In this document: piece after piece, positions 11,919 to 24,611 of the stretch
Layout: each line of letters begins with the position of its first letter
Position numbering within the stretch: position 1 is the first letter of the stretch
Source: Podarcis gaigeae
Lineage: Eukaryota
Reading direction: 5' to 3' (one strand)
DNA length: 64,000 nucleotides
NCBI GenBank assembly: GCA_964106915.2
Contig: OZ066920.1
Translations under genes and position numbers: made by a program
Notes under the pieces: model-generated
What the model was told of the DNA's origin: nothing
Seen by the model: only the letters and a program-made list of their open reading frames with translations
The model's database searches: none

Positions 11919-12141
11919 AAGGCCTGATTTAATTTCTTTAATATTCCCACCACTAACGATGTCTATTTAAGACATCCTTTTAAAAGTTTGTAACATTAAT
12001 TTAATGGAAAGATGCCAGTACCACTCTAAGAACTCTATTAGATTTTTCCCCCTGTTAAATTAATGTTACTAACTTTTAATGGATGTTGTAATTAGATGTT
12101 ATTATTAACGGGAATATTACCCAAATTAAAATCAGACCCTT
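11919..12141. repeat. ~220-bp imperfect AT-rich inverted repeat
   Basis: The arms pair, e.g. ACATCCTTTTAAAAGTTTGTAACATTAATTTAA with TTAAATTAATGTTACTAACTTTTAATGGATGT, and TAATATTCCC with GGGAATATTA. Confidence 0.85.
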
Positions 12142-12880
12142 GGAGAGACACAACGTACATTTACAAGTGCATTAAGCATTAGTATCTGGACATTATACAT
12201 ACAAAATAATCCAGCCAGATGGCCTTTGCTTTGTTTTCCCCCCACCCCACCCCACCCGCTGTAACCTGCTTACAGGACCAGGCGTGCATAGTTTTGTTAG
12301 CACATAATGTCTATATAGGAACAGAACAACTATTAACCATGCCTCCTTACTAAAGGAGGAAGCAAATGTTTCTCTTGCACCTTCTAAAAGAAAGAAAAGG
12401 AGAGCTGCATCTCACAATTTCACACTCAATTTAAAAGGTTCACTCTCAGCCTACCCTGATTGGGTTCGGCAGTTTGAAATTGATTGTTTTGGTTGTAAAA
12501 CTTGCATGCCTTCCTAGCCAATTTGAAGGAGTTGGGGGGGTTGGGGAGGGAGAAGTTACTAGGTTATAATGAGCTGGAGAGTAGTAAGAAGAGGAATGCA
12601 GTGAATTCCAAGCTACTGAATCCAGCCTTTGAAAGCCAAAGTGAACCAAAAGTGGTTTTGTTCATTAAAAGTGGGTTAGCCAGTCTACATCAAACTGTCT
12701 CACGAAGTCAAGATCCTGCATATCCACTTTGCTTAGGAAGCTTGTGCCTGCTTTCTGGGAATCAGCAAGGTCAGGTGTATATTCTGACAAAAAGTAACTC
12801 CATAGGAAAACTGGCAGCATCAACATAATTAAGAACATATTTTCATTTTTTTAAAAAAATATTATCTTGGGAAATGTATT

Positions 12881-12882
<2 letters not shown>

Positions 12883-12922
<40 letters not shown>
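12883..12922. repeat. (AAT)n microsatellite
   Basis: Direct reading. Confidence 0.95.
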
Positions 12923-13459
12923 GCACAATAGGTACGGCACAATTTCTGATTGTTTGTACTCTGTCTTCAAGATTGCAGTCTTCAAGAATTCACCACAGAC
13001 AATACTCTTGCTACCCCTCTGTCTCTGCCACAACTAAGAAACCATTTTTTAATCATTTGGCCACTCTCACTGTCTCCTTTGCCAGAGCAGCAAGAAGATT
13101 TATGTACGTTTTTGAGTGAATTGAGATAATTCCTTGATACTGGATAACCTTTGCACCTGCAGTGGCTGATTCTGCCTTTCTAATGAAGTCTGAGCCAAAA
13201 CCTCCCATTGAGAAAGTTTGACTCTAGGTCAGTTAATATTATCTGACATAATTCACATTTAAGCAAAGTGCATGGAGCCCAAAGCAAAGGCGCTTTAGAG
13301 GGAGGAGAGAGGCGTTGACAGGAAGAAATCACTGAGAATGAGAGCATCTCCCACATTTCTGCTCAGTAAGAGGAAACAAATTTTCCAAGTGAAATTATCA
13401 AGTACTCTTGCTATATATTCTACATTCTCACCAACTATGCAGGCCAGATAAACTTTGAC

Positions 13460-13677
13460 TTTCTAAATGTTACTGGATTATGACTCCCATCTCCCCTGCC
13501 CATTTGACATTCTGCATGGAGCTGATGGGAAATGTAATACAACAACATCTGGAGGACCACAGATGTAAGTCAAGGATTAGTAACTGGATGTTGTTGGACC
13601 ACAACCATCATTCTCCTTGACCATTGGCCATTCTGAATTCCAACAACATCTGGAGGGCCACAGGTTCTCCACCCCTG
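13460..13677. mobile_element. Two adjacent partial copies of the ~130-bp palindromic MITE
   Basis: CAACAACATCTGGAGG occurs twice; ends GGTTCTCCACCCCTG. Confidence 0.65.
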
Positions 13678-14107
13678 ATCTATGAGAAATGTGTTTGTTT
13701 ATGAAAATCATTATTATTTTGCCCCAATGTGCATCACTTTACAGTTGCTTACACTGAACGGTGCTTGCCATTTTAGAGCCCACTCACATAGTATGGAAGG
13801 ATCCCTTTGGAGTGCCTCATAATCCTGTTTGTTTGTTTGTTAGTTAGTTAGTTTGTTTGTTTTTAGCATTCACAACAATTGGGTGTCTCGTCAGTAAAGT
13901 TGTTCAGCCTGTTGCTCACTCCTAACCCCAGATCATGTATGAAGAAGTTTTTAAGCACCTGTCTCAACATGGACATGATGGGAATGAGACCCATTTTTCC
14001 ATTTGTTTGTGTGTGAGTGAGTGTCTGTGAGGAGAGAGAGAGAGAGAGAGTATTTCTCCATTTGGATATATGGCTGTTTAGCTGAAGACAGGGCTATATG
14101 AAATATC

Positions 14108-14175
14108 ATCATCATATGCTGCCCATCTGACTGGGTTCCCCCAGCCACTCTGGACGGCTTCCAACCAATTAAAAC
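14108..14175 (-). mobile_element. Short L2 3' tail
   Basis: GCCCATCTGACTGGGTTCCCCCAGCCACTCTGG matches the copy at ~23907. Confidence 0.7.
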
Positions 14176-15741
14176 CGAGCTAGAAGGTGGCTTCCTATGT
14201 CCTTACCAAAAGGCATTGAGTCAGATGACTAAAGGATGATCTCTCAAATCTTAGGCTGGACCCTCAGCCAAATATAATCTCATTTGATGATTGCACTTGT
14301 TGTCTTGAAACTAATCTTCATGCATTTCCAATATGCATATGATGCAACTTCTCTCTTAGTAATTCCATGCTTGGATTTTAATATATCTCTCCCACTTCTA
14401 AATTTATGAAATCCACCTTTGCACTGAAGCACCTGAAGAACTCTAGGTGGCTTCTCAAAAAGGGCCAATAAGGCATGCAGGTGAATGTGTACTTGGGACT
14501 ATGAACTTTAAAGAAGGCCCATTAAATGGAAAGCATCTACTTCTCAACCAAGGAATGGGGCCAGAAGTCAGGAAAGATTGTTTTGAATTTCCAGTCATTA
14601 AGGTTGCAGAGCGTCTAGTTGCCTCTCCGGTTTGGAACAGTTTGAAATGAGGCAATTATTCTTTACACACTGCTTTGCTTTTGAATCAAACAAGTCGGCA
14701 AGACCTAGATATAAACAAAGATGGAGAAACTAGTTAAGATCTCAATGCTGTCCCACTTTATTAGCCATTCACTTCACTATAGGTGACAACCACTGAGTCT
14801 GAGAATGCAAAGAAGTGTCTTCCACTGCCAAGGACCAGCAAACACCCACAGAGCCACAGAATGAGGAAGGCTGTATGCCCCATGATAGAGAAGTGTATCA
14901 ATGACTTTATTTGTTTTCATTCATGCTGTGACCTAAAGAGTATCCTTGTTGAATGTTTAAACTCAAGGTCATTAAATTGCCATCACAATTTCTGATTTCA
15001 GGCCTTACAGCAAGAGAAGACCTAAGAAAGGTTTAGATTACCTAATTGATGTGATTTGTTTTTTTAAAATAACCAATGGTCAAATGTAAACCCTGTGCAT
15101 TCTTGGTCTATGCACATAAACCTAATGCAAGCTTTACTGGTTGTAAGGACCTACCGTCAATGCACAAAACGGTTCAACTACATCAATAACATTTTCTTTT
15201 ACTTTCTAGATTCAAACACTGCTGAAATTTGAAATATGAAACCTACCCTTATAATCAGGACCACTTGCCAATATGGAATAGGAATTAGAATCTGGAAAAT
15301 GTTGAACAGGGAACTATATGCTGTATACCAAGCCAGACTTTTTATTGCATTGTGTATGAGATAGTCCTGATACTAGTGACCTTAACCTTGAATGCTTCAA
15401 ATATATTATTTGAGTTCTTTAACATGGGGAAATGAAATGATATCCATATATATTATAAATGGATTCTGTGTGTGACTTTTTCACTGCACAGCATCTTATA
15501 ACACACAATTCATCCAGCCTTACGTAATGCTTAAATTCATAGTTTGTCTCATGAGCTGAACTAGAGTGCATGTATCTAAACATATGTTGTCATTTCTGCA
15601 CAGGCATCTTAATAATGCTATTATATCTTGGCAAGCATATTAGCAGCCCATCAGCAAAGATAAATTCCAGGAATTATATACCAATGCACCCATTAAACAT
15701 CTAATAATTTACAGTGCATGCTTCACTGTGTCTACTTAGAG

Positions 15742-15838
15742 CAGGGTTCCCATCATCCCTAGCTAACAGGACCAGTGGCCAAGGATGATGGACACTGTAG
15801 TACAAAAACAGCTGGAGACCCAAGTTTGGGAAACCCTA
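15742..15838. mobile_element. Internally deleted palindromic MITE
   Basis: CAGGGTTCCCA...TGGGAAACCCTA termini. Confidence 0.6.
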
Positions 15839-15861
15839 ACTTAGAGGCTTACTCCCAAGTA

Positions 15862-16091
15862 CAGTGGTACCTCGTGATACAGACCCTTCAGGTTACAGAC
15901 TCAGTACCTAACCTAGTACCTAACCCAGAAATAGTACCTCAGGTTAAGAACTTTGCTTCAGGATGAGAACAGAAATTGTGCAGTGGCGGCAGCGGGAGGC
16001 CCCATTAGCTAAAGTACCTCAGGTTAAGAACAGTTTCAGGTTAAGAACAGACCTCCAGAACAAATTAAGTTCTTAACCCGAGGTACCACTG
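15862..16091 (+). mobile_element. Tigger/pogo-type MITE
   Basis: TIR CAGTGGTACCTCG/CGAGGTACCACTG flanked by TA on both sides. Confidence 0.9.
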
Positions 16092-16178
16092 TAAGTTAAC
16101 CCTAAGTTTAGTTGTCAGAATGCAATTGCAATTTGCTAATAGCTCAGGTTGCGCATGATGTGCTTAACTACAGTATCC

Positions 16179-16538
16179 TAAGGATGGTGAGAATTTCATT
16201 TAAGTTTGGTTTTAAAGGCGAGCCCACAAAATTCACACATAGAGAAATAAAACCCTCATTTGAAATGTGCACTGCTCTGAATTTTGCAATGCAGTTCTGC
16301 AGCCAAGTAATGTGTGCAAAAATGCATGTAGTAGGTTAAGGTGTGCATGGAAATGCCTCTCCTGGTGACAACAACATATGAAATGCATTATATTGTGGGG
16401 AAATTGCTTTGCAAATTGTCAGAAAAATTCTGATGAATGTTCATGAGGATTCTCTCCTCCCCCCCCAAAAAAAATCACAAATTGCTGCGGAAATGTGGAG
16501 AAGTGGAGAAACCAAATTAACAGATTTGCCCATCCTTA
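16179..16538. mobile_element. Non-autonomous DNA transposon (TAGGGATGG-type ends)
   Basis: TAAGGATGG...CCATCCTTA ends; related copies at ~27967-28320 (inverted) and ~37170-37445. Confidence 0.65.
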
Positions 16539-17474
16539 GGGTCATCACATCATGTTTTCCTTATGCTAATCTCATTCCTCCTATTGTACCATGCCGTGTT
16601 TTCAAGGCTCCCCCACACACCCCGTGCCCCACTTATGGCAATGCACCAGCCAGACTTGCTCCCAGCCAACAGGCTTAATCAATTCCACACTAGTTAATAA
16701 CTGGAGACTGCAAAAAAGAAGCGAATATACAATGGATGTTATGAGCTATATCTTCACAATGGTCCAACTGCTGCCAAGTAGTCAACAGTAATGACCCCTC
16801 TCAGCTCACGGGGTCAGGGCGGTTCGAGGAAATGCCTGTACTCTAAATAAAGTGCTCATCTTTATTTCAGATTTTCTGTGGGACAGCAGCCAATGTTCTC
16901 ATATAATGGACAAGCTATGTGGCAACAATCTAAAAAGAGAGATAATAGCCTTCAATATGTCTAAGAGTTAGGTTTGATTGTTCATTATGTATATTAGCAA
17001 CCTAGGACACATTCTTTGGAAATCCTTCTTGCACATTAATGTCCTTTATGCTAATCATTCACAAATAGACATTGTATGTGAACCATTACAATCTGCTTCC
17101 TCTGGTCTTTAATTGGATTTTATTAACTTGAAGCTATTGTTAAACAGGAACAATAGTATGCAGCACTGACGAAGAAGCTGGGGAGGGGGGTGGGCAGGCA
17201 GGTTTGGGTTTGTTTTTTCCCCCATCTTGTCTGGTGAACCTTTGCACGCAAGTGGATTCATCTAAATACTGAGCAACATTGTTTGTGGTGTAGTTAGCAG
17301 TGTAGTGTGTACCATGGAAGGAAGACGTGACAATCTCAGTGAAAGAATATATATATTAAAAAATTGTACTCCATGATCAGAGTTAAATAAAAACAAGAAA
17401 CTATTGTTGGGACTCTGCAATCAGTTCCACAAGTTTTTGTCTTTTTATTTTCCTTTTTTAAAAATGTTCAGATA

Positions 17475-17663
17475 CATAGCTGTCAACTTTCAGATTTGAA
17501 AATAAGGGGTCAGCAGCCTCAAAAATAAGGGATCAGCAGCCTCACCCGTCCCGGGGACGGTCTACGGGATATCTAACAATCCGGGATAGCAGCAGAAAGC
17601 AGCAGGAAATGGCGCTGGAATAAGGGAATTTCCCTCAAAAAAACGGGAAGGTTGACAGCTATG
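17475..17663. mobile_element. hAT MITE
   Basis: TIR CATAGCTGTCAAC/GTTGACAGCTATG; 8-bp TSD TTCAGATA/TTCAGTTA; internal 23-bp tandem duplication. Confidence 0.9.
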
Positions 17664-17845
17664 TTCAGTTATGGTTAATCACCTTGAGAGAGGGCAGTTT
17701 TAATTCAAATGTTAATCTCTAGAAATATGGCTACTGAATCTGGACACATCTCTCTCGCTCCTATGAGCCTGTGGAAGTGGACATATCTCCTTCATTCCTA
17801 TGATCTGAAGTAGCAACCACCTCTATTCATGTTTGTGTGGTAGAT

Positions 17846-17972
17846 CAGGGATGGTCAACTGTTGGCCATCCAGATGTTGTTAGACTCTGACTCCCCTCAA
17901 CCCTAGCTCACATAGCCAATAGTCAGGGATTATGGGAATGGTGGTCCAACAATGTCCACAGGTACCCCACCT
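17846..17972. mobile_element. Palindromic ~130-bp MITE
   Basis: CAGGGATGGTCAAC...CCAGATGTTGTT...GTCCAACAATGTC. Confidence 0.65.
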
Positions 17973-18173
17973 TGTTATAGAAAATCATATTATCTGCAGC
18001 CTTCTACATGGCTTTCCTACACTGGAAAATGGTTAGCATGATATTTCTAGGATCATTACCAAAGGAATATGCTAAAAGTGGGACAGCATGAGGCCTTTGC
18101 ACAAAAACATCAGAAATTGAATAGCCTGTTTTGAGACTCTGTTGTGAAAGAAGTCTTTGAAGGTTCAGAGTGG

Positions 18174-18291
18174 CAGGGATGAGGAACATTCCCCCCTCCC
18201 AGATGTTGTTGGGTTACATCCACCCAAGGCAGCATGGCCAATGGTCGAGGACGTGTGGAGCTGCAATCCAACAACACATTTCCCATTCCTG
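18174..18291. mobile_element. Palindromic ~130-bp MITE
   Basis: CAGGGATGAGGAAC...CCAGATGTTGTTGG...TTCCCATTCCTG. Confidence 0.65.
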
Positions 18292-18453
18292 ATCTATGAG
18301 TAAGTTTCAGCTGAGTCCTCATGACATAATTTATATTAGTCACATTTTGAAGTTTTAAATAGATTAAATCAAGATGCTACATGATTGGGGAAATACCTCC
18401 AAGCTCCTGAAAACATGTCCAAACCTTTTTTCATAAAGGTAGAAATCCTACTA

Positions 18454-18800
18454 GGATGCGGGTGGCGCTGTGGGTTAAACCACAGAGCCTAGGACATGCC
18501 AATCAGAAGGTCAGTGGATCGAATCCCCACAATGGGGTGAGCTCCCGTTGCTCGGTCCCTGCTCCTGCCAACCTAGCAGTTCGAAAACACGTCAAAGTGC
18601 AAGTAGATAAATAGGTACCGCTCTGGGGGGGAGGTAAACAGCATTTCCGTGCGCTGCTTTGGTTCGCCAGAAGTGGCTTAGTCATGCTGGCCACATGACC
18701 CGGAAGCTGTACGCTGGCTTCCTTGGCCAATAAAGCGAGATGAGTACCGCAACCCCAGAGTCGGTCACGACTGGACCTAATGGTCAGGGGTCCCTTTACC
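18454..18800 (+). mobile_element. Full-length Sauria SINE
   Basis: GGGTGGCGCTGTGGGTTAAACC head, B box GGATCGAATCC, core GTGCAAGTAGATAAATAGGTACCGCT, tail CCTTTACC; 14-bp TSD TAGAAATCCTACTA (18440-18453, 18801-18814). Confidence 0.95.
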
Positions 18801-20127
18801 TAGAAATCCTACTAATATATTCATGACATTTCCAATAAAACCAAAAACAAAAACTGTTTTCACTGGCCACTGTGTGCATCTGGCGAAGCTTATGAAATCA
18901 GAAGAGAAGGAAAACGAGAAGAATTTATGTAGTGCATTTCTAATATTTAAACTGCATAAACACCTACACGGTCTTGGAAATAACAGCTGCATTAGTGTTT
19001 TAAGGCTTCATATGGTTCTTCCTTGATTCTGCTGCAGCAGACTAACACCCTACTCTGGTGGCATTTAGTTAAAAAACATTAAATACAGGTATTGCATCTG
19101 CAATGCTTACAACTTCAAAACGATAACTTTAATAGAGAAATATGTTAGTACAAAGGTAAGGCACAATACCTTTTTTTGTTGTTGTGTCCCTTATTGAGTA
19201 CAAACAGTTAGGGGGAATTCTGATTTCCATATAGCCAGGATTACAGCCTTTGAATTCTTATAAAACAATACGTCCCACAGAAACGTACACTGCCTTTTCC
19301 CCTACTTTGAGAAGGATTGATTTCCCTTCATGTAATTCTCACAGAATTATGAGGGCTTTGTCATGTGTGGTCCTAAATAAGTATGCTACACATTTGTAGC
19401 CTGATCTAATGCAGTGTTAACCATGCCTGAGTATAGAAATGGGCTTTTAAAACTATTTGTAAATGTCGAGAAATAACCTTCTGGCATTGAGTGGATTTCA
19501 AAGAAATCCACGATAAACATTTTTTTTTAAGTCAGTATCTATAACAGTCTTTTAATTCTTTCTACGATATACAACATTTGTAAACACTCTGCAACGGAAA
19601 AACTCAAGAGAAAGAAACAGAATATAGAAACCTCCACTATAAAACTTAAATTACAGGCAGCTGGATGCAATGTCAGATGCAGTAAATTAACTAACCAGCT
19701 ATAAATCAGTTTAATAGCTTACACTGTAAATGTAATTGGGTATTACTTTTTTCTTGTTAATGTTAAGGAAAGTTTTATAAAATGATATTTCAATATACAA
19801 ATGAAACCGCCTAAGAACAGTGTCTAAACATTGTTACTTTCTCCCTGGCTAATTGGGGGAAAATTGTTAACAGTAAAGTACTACAGAAATTGGCTGAATA
19901 AGGAACAGAAATAATTCTTCAGACTTTAAAGTGTTTTCTTTTTTAAAAGAGAGAAAGAGAGAGGGAGGAAGCCCATCCCCTTATTGTAGCTGGTTATCAT
20001 AAAAACCACTTAAAACTGTAAATGTAACTGTTAAAATTAGCAGCAATGCTGGCAGCAGTTAACATGTTGCTGGTAAAAAGCAGATAAAAGAGGAAATTGG
20101 GTTTGAATTTCCAGGATTGCTAATTTT

Positions 20128-20129
<2 letters not shown>

Positions 20130-20161
<32 letters not shown>
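20130..20161. repeat. (TG)n microsatellite
   Basis: Direct reading. Confidence 0.95.
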
Positions 20162-20163
<2 letters not shown>

Positions 20164-21184
20164 TCCAGTACCTGCAAATAAAAAAAAATTATTTCATGAG
20201 GACTGTATGCACAACACTGATTTATATCCCTCTGTGATATAATCTTAGTGTGTACATGAAGCATTGTATCAAAGAGCAGCCTTGCACTCCTCCCTCCTTC
20301 TGGCATTGGTGCAAAGTTGCCCTGAGGAAAATGCATGGCAGGCAGCACTGGAGCAGTTGTTTGAAGTGACAATTGCGATGTCACTGGGCAGCTTTGTCCT
20401 GCTGCTTTTGCCCAGGGATCTTTGTTTGCACTTCCACAGCTAATCGGAGGGCTGGATTGCACCACAAAAGTGGTTGCAATTCTATGGAAAGAAAAAGGCC
20501 TGGAAAGAAAACCTCAGTCTGGAGCTGGTCTTGTGCTGCGTGCTCTTCAGTAATTGCATAAGGAGCACAAGACAAAATGGCATGTGCCATTTCAAAGTGA
20601 CATTTTGACACAAGGCAAACAAAGGTCCAAATGGCAGTGATGGATGTGCGTGGACATTGCACCAGATTTTTGTGAAATGGCTTTCCGCATGTATTCGCCA
20701 TTGGATTGCTAGGAAGATAGTAACACCGCTGACTTATGCATCCTCTTTCGTTGGCTAGTCTAACACCCCACAGATAACACAGAAAACATCCTTTCACTTT
20801 TCCCTGTTCCCAATGGCAGATTTGGGACATGGTGTATATATCAATATTCAAATGCAAACGCATTTGATTTCTATTTCATCACTATCTTCAAGACATCCAT
20901 ATGTGTTTGGGTTAATGATTTAAATGTCGCATTTTAAACTTGCCCTTAACATGCATGATTGACTTGTTTTAGTCGGGAAACCATAAACTTAGGGAAAGTA
21001 TGGGTCCCAACTTGCTTATATCAAGCTTTTGAACAAGAATCTTCTCTGTTACTGCTTTTATACATGAATAATGTCAACAACGCCTTTAGCTATATGGGCT
21101 CCTTGGATGGCAATGCCAAATGGCTGTCATCTAGTTTTCTTCTTGACTGGCCTCAGTTGCAACATTACAAGTATAGGGTGCTAT

Positions 21185-21295
21185 TTAATGCTAATGCTAC
21201 TCAGAGTAGACCCACTGAAACTAATAGAGATGACGAACTTAGGTTTGTTCATTTCAGTGGGTCTACTCTGTCTAGAATTTAATTGGATAGAAGCC
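21185..21295. mobile_element. Palindromic MITE-like element
   Basis: CAGAGTAGACCCACTGAAA ... TTTCAGTGGGTCTACTCTG, perfect 19-bp inverted arms. Confidence 0.7.
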
Positions 21296-21309
21296 ATAAT
21301 CTCAAACTA

Positions 21310-21529
21310 CCATATTTCTTTGTGTATAAGACACCCCCATGTATAAGACGACTCCTATTTTTTAAAACCCACCAATCACCCACTCAATCGCTGCTGCCAA
21401 TCTCCTGCTTGCTGCTGCCATTAATCGCACATCCCCCCTCTGCATTCACTATCCATGTATAAGATGACACCCAATTTTTGCCTAAATCTTTTTAGCAAAA
21501 AGAATCATCTTATGCCTGGAAAAATACAG
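21310..21529 (+). mobile_element. Tc2-like (Tc1/mariner) MITE
   Basis: TA-CCATATTTC...AAAAATACAG-TA with internal GTATAAGAC repeats. Confidence 0.75.
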
Positions 21530-21734
21530 TAAGTTTCTTATATTGCCTCTTTAAGCTAAAGATGGACTAAAGTTAGAGTCCTGTGAAGTGTCTTCCATAG
21601 TTTTCCTCCTCTCACAGCTCACTGGACCTTTAGTTCTAGTCTTGCTGTGAGCAGTTTTGTTGACCATAGATTTGACCGCTGATGCTGCCCAGGAACGGAC
21701 CTGTGTGAATGTCTGATGCTACTGTGTACAGAGT

Positions 21735-21885
21735 ACCTGCCTACACTTTGAGATCAGCCTCAGAAGCCCTATTTGTGTGTCTGCCAGTGACAGCAGTGTT
21801 AGGCCCATCAGCACAAGGAATAGGGCCTTTTCAGCTGGGCCCCAACATTTGTAGAACACTTTTTAGGCTGAGATATATGGTCCCA
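21735..21885 (+). mobile_element. Degenerate L2 3' fragment
   Basis: TLRSASEAL...AGGGCCTTTTCAG pattern of the L2 C-terminus. Confidence 0.5.
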
Positions 21886-22105
21886 TCAGTAGGAATGACA
21901 TGAAAAACAGCAGCAGTGAGGGTGGGAGGATCACTGCATTGGTGCGCACCCAATGCCACCACCCGATGCTTCCTCCACCTTTACATCTGTCCCCGCGAAC
22001 CCCCTCCACAATTCCAATGTGTGGGAGCACTGCCATGGCCAGGAGGGGGTTGCAGCAATTGTGACCCACCTCATATCATGTGGAGCATCTGCCCTAATAG
22101 CTACA

Positions 22106-22302
22106 CAGGGCCAGCCCACCCTTGAGGCAAGATGAGGCAATCGCCTCAGGTGGTAGGATTCACAGGGGCAGCAGATCCCAATGTAGATCTTTATTTCCAT
22201 CCTATTCCTGATGTGCAACTTCACACACACCCCTTCCTCTATGGTGGGGAGCAAATGATTTTATGGTTGCCTCAAGGGCCAAAGTGTCTTGAGCCTGCCC
22301 TG
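22106..22302. mobile_element. hAT MITE
   Basis: CAGGGCCAGCCC...GAGCCTGCCCTG ends; subterminal TGAGGCAA repeats; TSD only partly preserved. Confidence 0.7.
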
Positions 22303-23020
22303 GTTTTACATTTTGAAACCCCATCAAAAAATCTACCCTCATAGAAGACGCATGTTCTTTCAGAAATGCCATTTTGGGGGAAATTTCTCAGGTCAGGAAA
22401 AATCCATCATATTCCATTCTCCCCAAATTAAGCTTCTACAGCCATTAAATACTTTTAATATAATTAGAGGTGTCTGTGCTTTCTGATTGGGAAATTGTAT
22501 CTGCCGTGTAACCTCAAGGTGCATTTTTGATAAAGTGGAAATTCTTTATTCCCCACCCACCAATTATTTTTAATTAGCTGGCAATCAACCCCATATTTTG
22601 TTTATTTAAATATCAATCTGGATAGGCAGAAAAATTAGTACCGCTAAGATCAGCGCAGGCTGCAACCCTTCGCACACTTACCTGGGAGGAAGTTCTATTG
22701 AACTCAGCAGGGCTTACTTCTGAGTATACAGATAGGAATACACTGTAAGTCAATTATTAGTCTTCCCTTGCATTTTCGACCCTAAGTGCTTTTTAATTGC
22801 CTTAATACAGTACAGTACACATAGGTGTTACAAAGATGGTGCGTAGCAATCAAACTAAAAAGAATACATTGAATAAATAAATATATAAATTTATAAATGA
22901 TGCAATCTCCTAGGTACTAATTTGCCATGGATTGTATTTAAGTCCTCATCCATTATGTGAATTAGAAGTGAAACAAACAAGTGGCATCAATACTCTATTG
23001 CAGCCAGCCTGGCCTGTGAT

Positions 23021-23025
<5 letters not shown>

Positions 23026-23064
<39 letters not shown>
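23026..23064. repeat. (TG)n microsatellite
   Basis: Direct reading. Confidence 0.95.
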
Positions 23065-23066
<2 letters not shown>

Positions 23067-23848
23067 TGGACAGTTTGTATTGATGCTGTCCTGAGTATCA
23101 CATTCATCAATAATGGAAATAATTGCATTTTAATAATTAAAACCTCCCCATCATTTTCACAAAGCTAAAAATGATGACTGTGTTTCCTCCCCGCAGTTTA
23201 TCTACCTTCTAAATGAAGGGACAGATTCACCAACAAACAGCTCATTTATGAACAGAAGGAACTAAGCTTTTGATTTTCCTTCTCCAATTCTCTCTTGGAA
23301 ACAACTTCCAATGATCCAGGGAGTCACAGGCTTGTCCGAGGCAAAATCAGAGCTCATGTGTACACTTAAAAGGACTTCTTTTTTCAACTGTCACCCTTCA
23401 TTTTGTTCTAAAAGTTGCAATGTCATGTTCCAGTTCTTCCTTCGCATGTGCATCCTGATCCTGCAGGGCAATATTACTTCATTATCACCAGTTTTGAACT
23501 ATTCTATAACTGGTACTAGGGCGTCATGAAGGAATGGAGCACTGTGACCCGGAAACAGTTTGCCTAGGTAGGGCAGAGACACTTCACTAGCTTCCTGGCT
23601 GGTAGGGTTGTATTGCTTACGAGGAGGGGCATGGCAGTGGGGAAGTCTGCACTGTGCAAATGCAATGGCATAGCCAATCCAGTGCTCCTGTTGATGCATT
23701 TGCAATGTGCTAACCTCCCTGCCACCTCTCCTCTCCCTCAACCACAAGTTAGCAACAGTAGCCCACTTGCTAGGATGCCAGCAACATAGCAGTTCTGCCC
23801 CACTGACTGAGCCACTCTGCTCTGACCCGCAATGTTCAGTGCTTTCCA

Positions 23849-23893
<45 letters not shown>

Positions 23894-24118
23894 TTATTTA
23901 TACCCCGCCCATCTGGCTGGGTTTCCCCAGCCACTCTGGGCAGCTTCCAACAAAATATTAAAGTACGGTAATGCATCAAACATTAAAAGCTTCCCTAAAC
24001 AGGGCTGCCTTCAGATGTCTTCTAAAAGTCTGGTAGTTGTTTTTCTCTTTGACATCTGGTGGGAAGGTGTTCCACAGGGCGGGTGCCATTACCGAGAAGG
24101 CCCTCTGCCTGGTCCCCT
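23849..24118 (-). mobile_element. Young L2 LINE 3' end with an (ATT)n tail
   Basis: Reverse complement of the 45505-45700 copy; (AAT)n at 23849-23893 is the tail. Confidence 0.85.
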
Positions 24119-24574
24119 GGTTCTCTTTTGCAAATAAACCAGTTCAGCTGGGGTAAAAAAATAAGAATAATTTCAAAATGCATCAGGTCAACCAAACAGT
24201 ACTTTGCACCTGACGTAGCTTCCTCCTCTCTTCTTCCTTAGATTGCTGAGACACCAAACAACCATCCAGCTCACCAGGCGATTTGGAACCCATTGCCATC
24301 TCTCCAGGTGGAATATCTCACAGGATTGCTATGCGGGGAAAATGTGATGGAGGAAGCCTATACATCACCTTAACTTCCTTGGGAAAAGTGTGGGAGAAAA
24401 AAGCATTTAATAATAGGGACTGAAATTTGGGTTTGGCTTGCTTTTTTTTCCCAGAAATGTGTCCTTCCAAGCAATTGTATTGATGGCCTCTTTTCATGCA
24501 GTCTTCTTATGAATGTGCCAGGAACCACCACTAGAATAGTGCAGTTAATTCAGTAACACACACACACAGCCCTA

Positions 24575-24611
24575 TACATACATACATACATACATACATA
24601 CATACATACAA
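24575..24611. repeat. (TACA)n microsatellite
   Basis: Direct reading. Confidence 0.95.
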
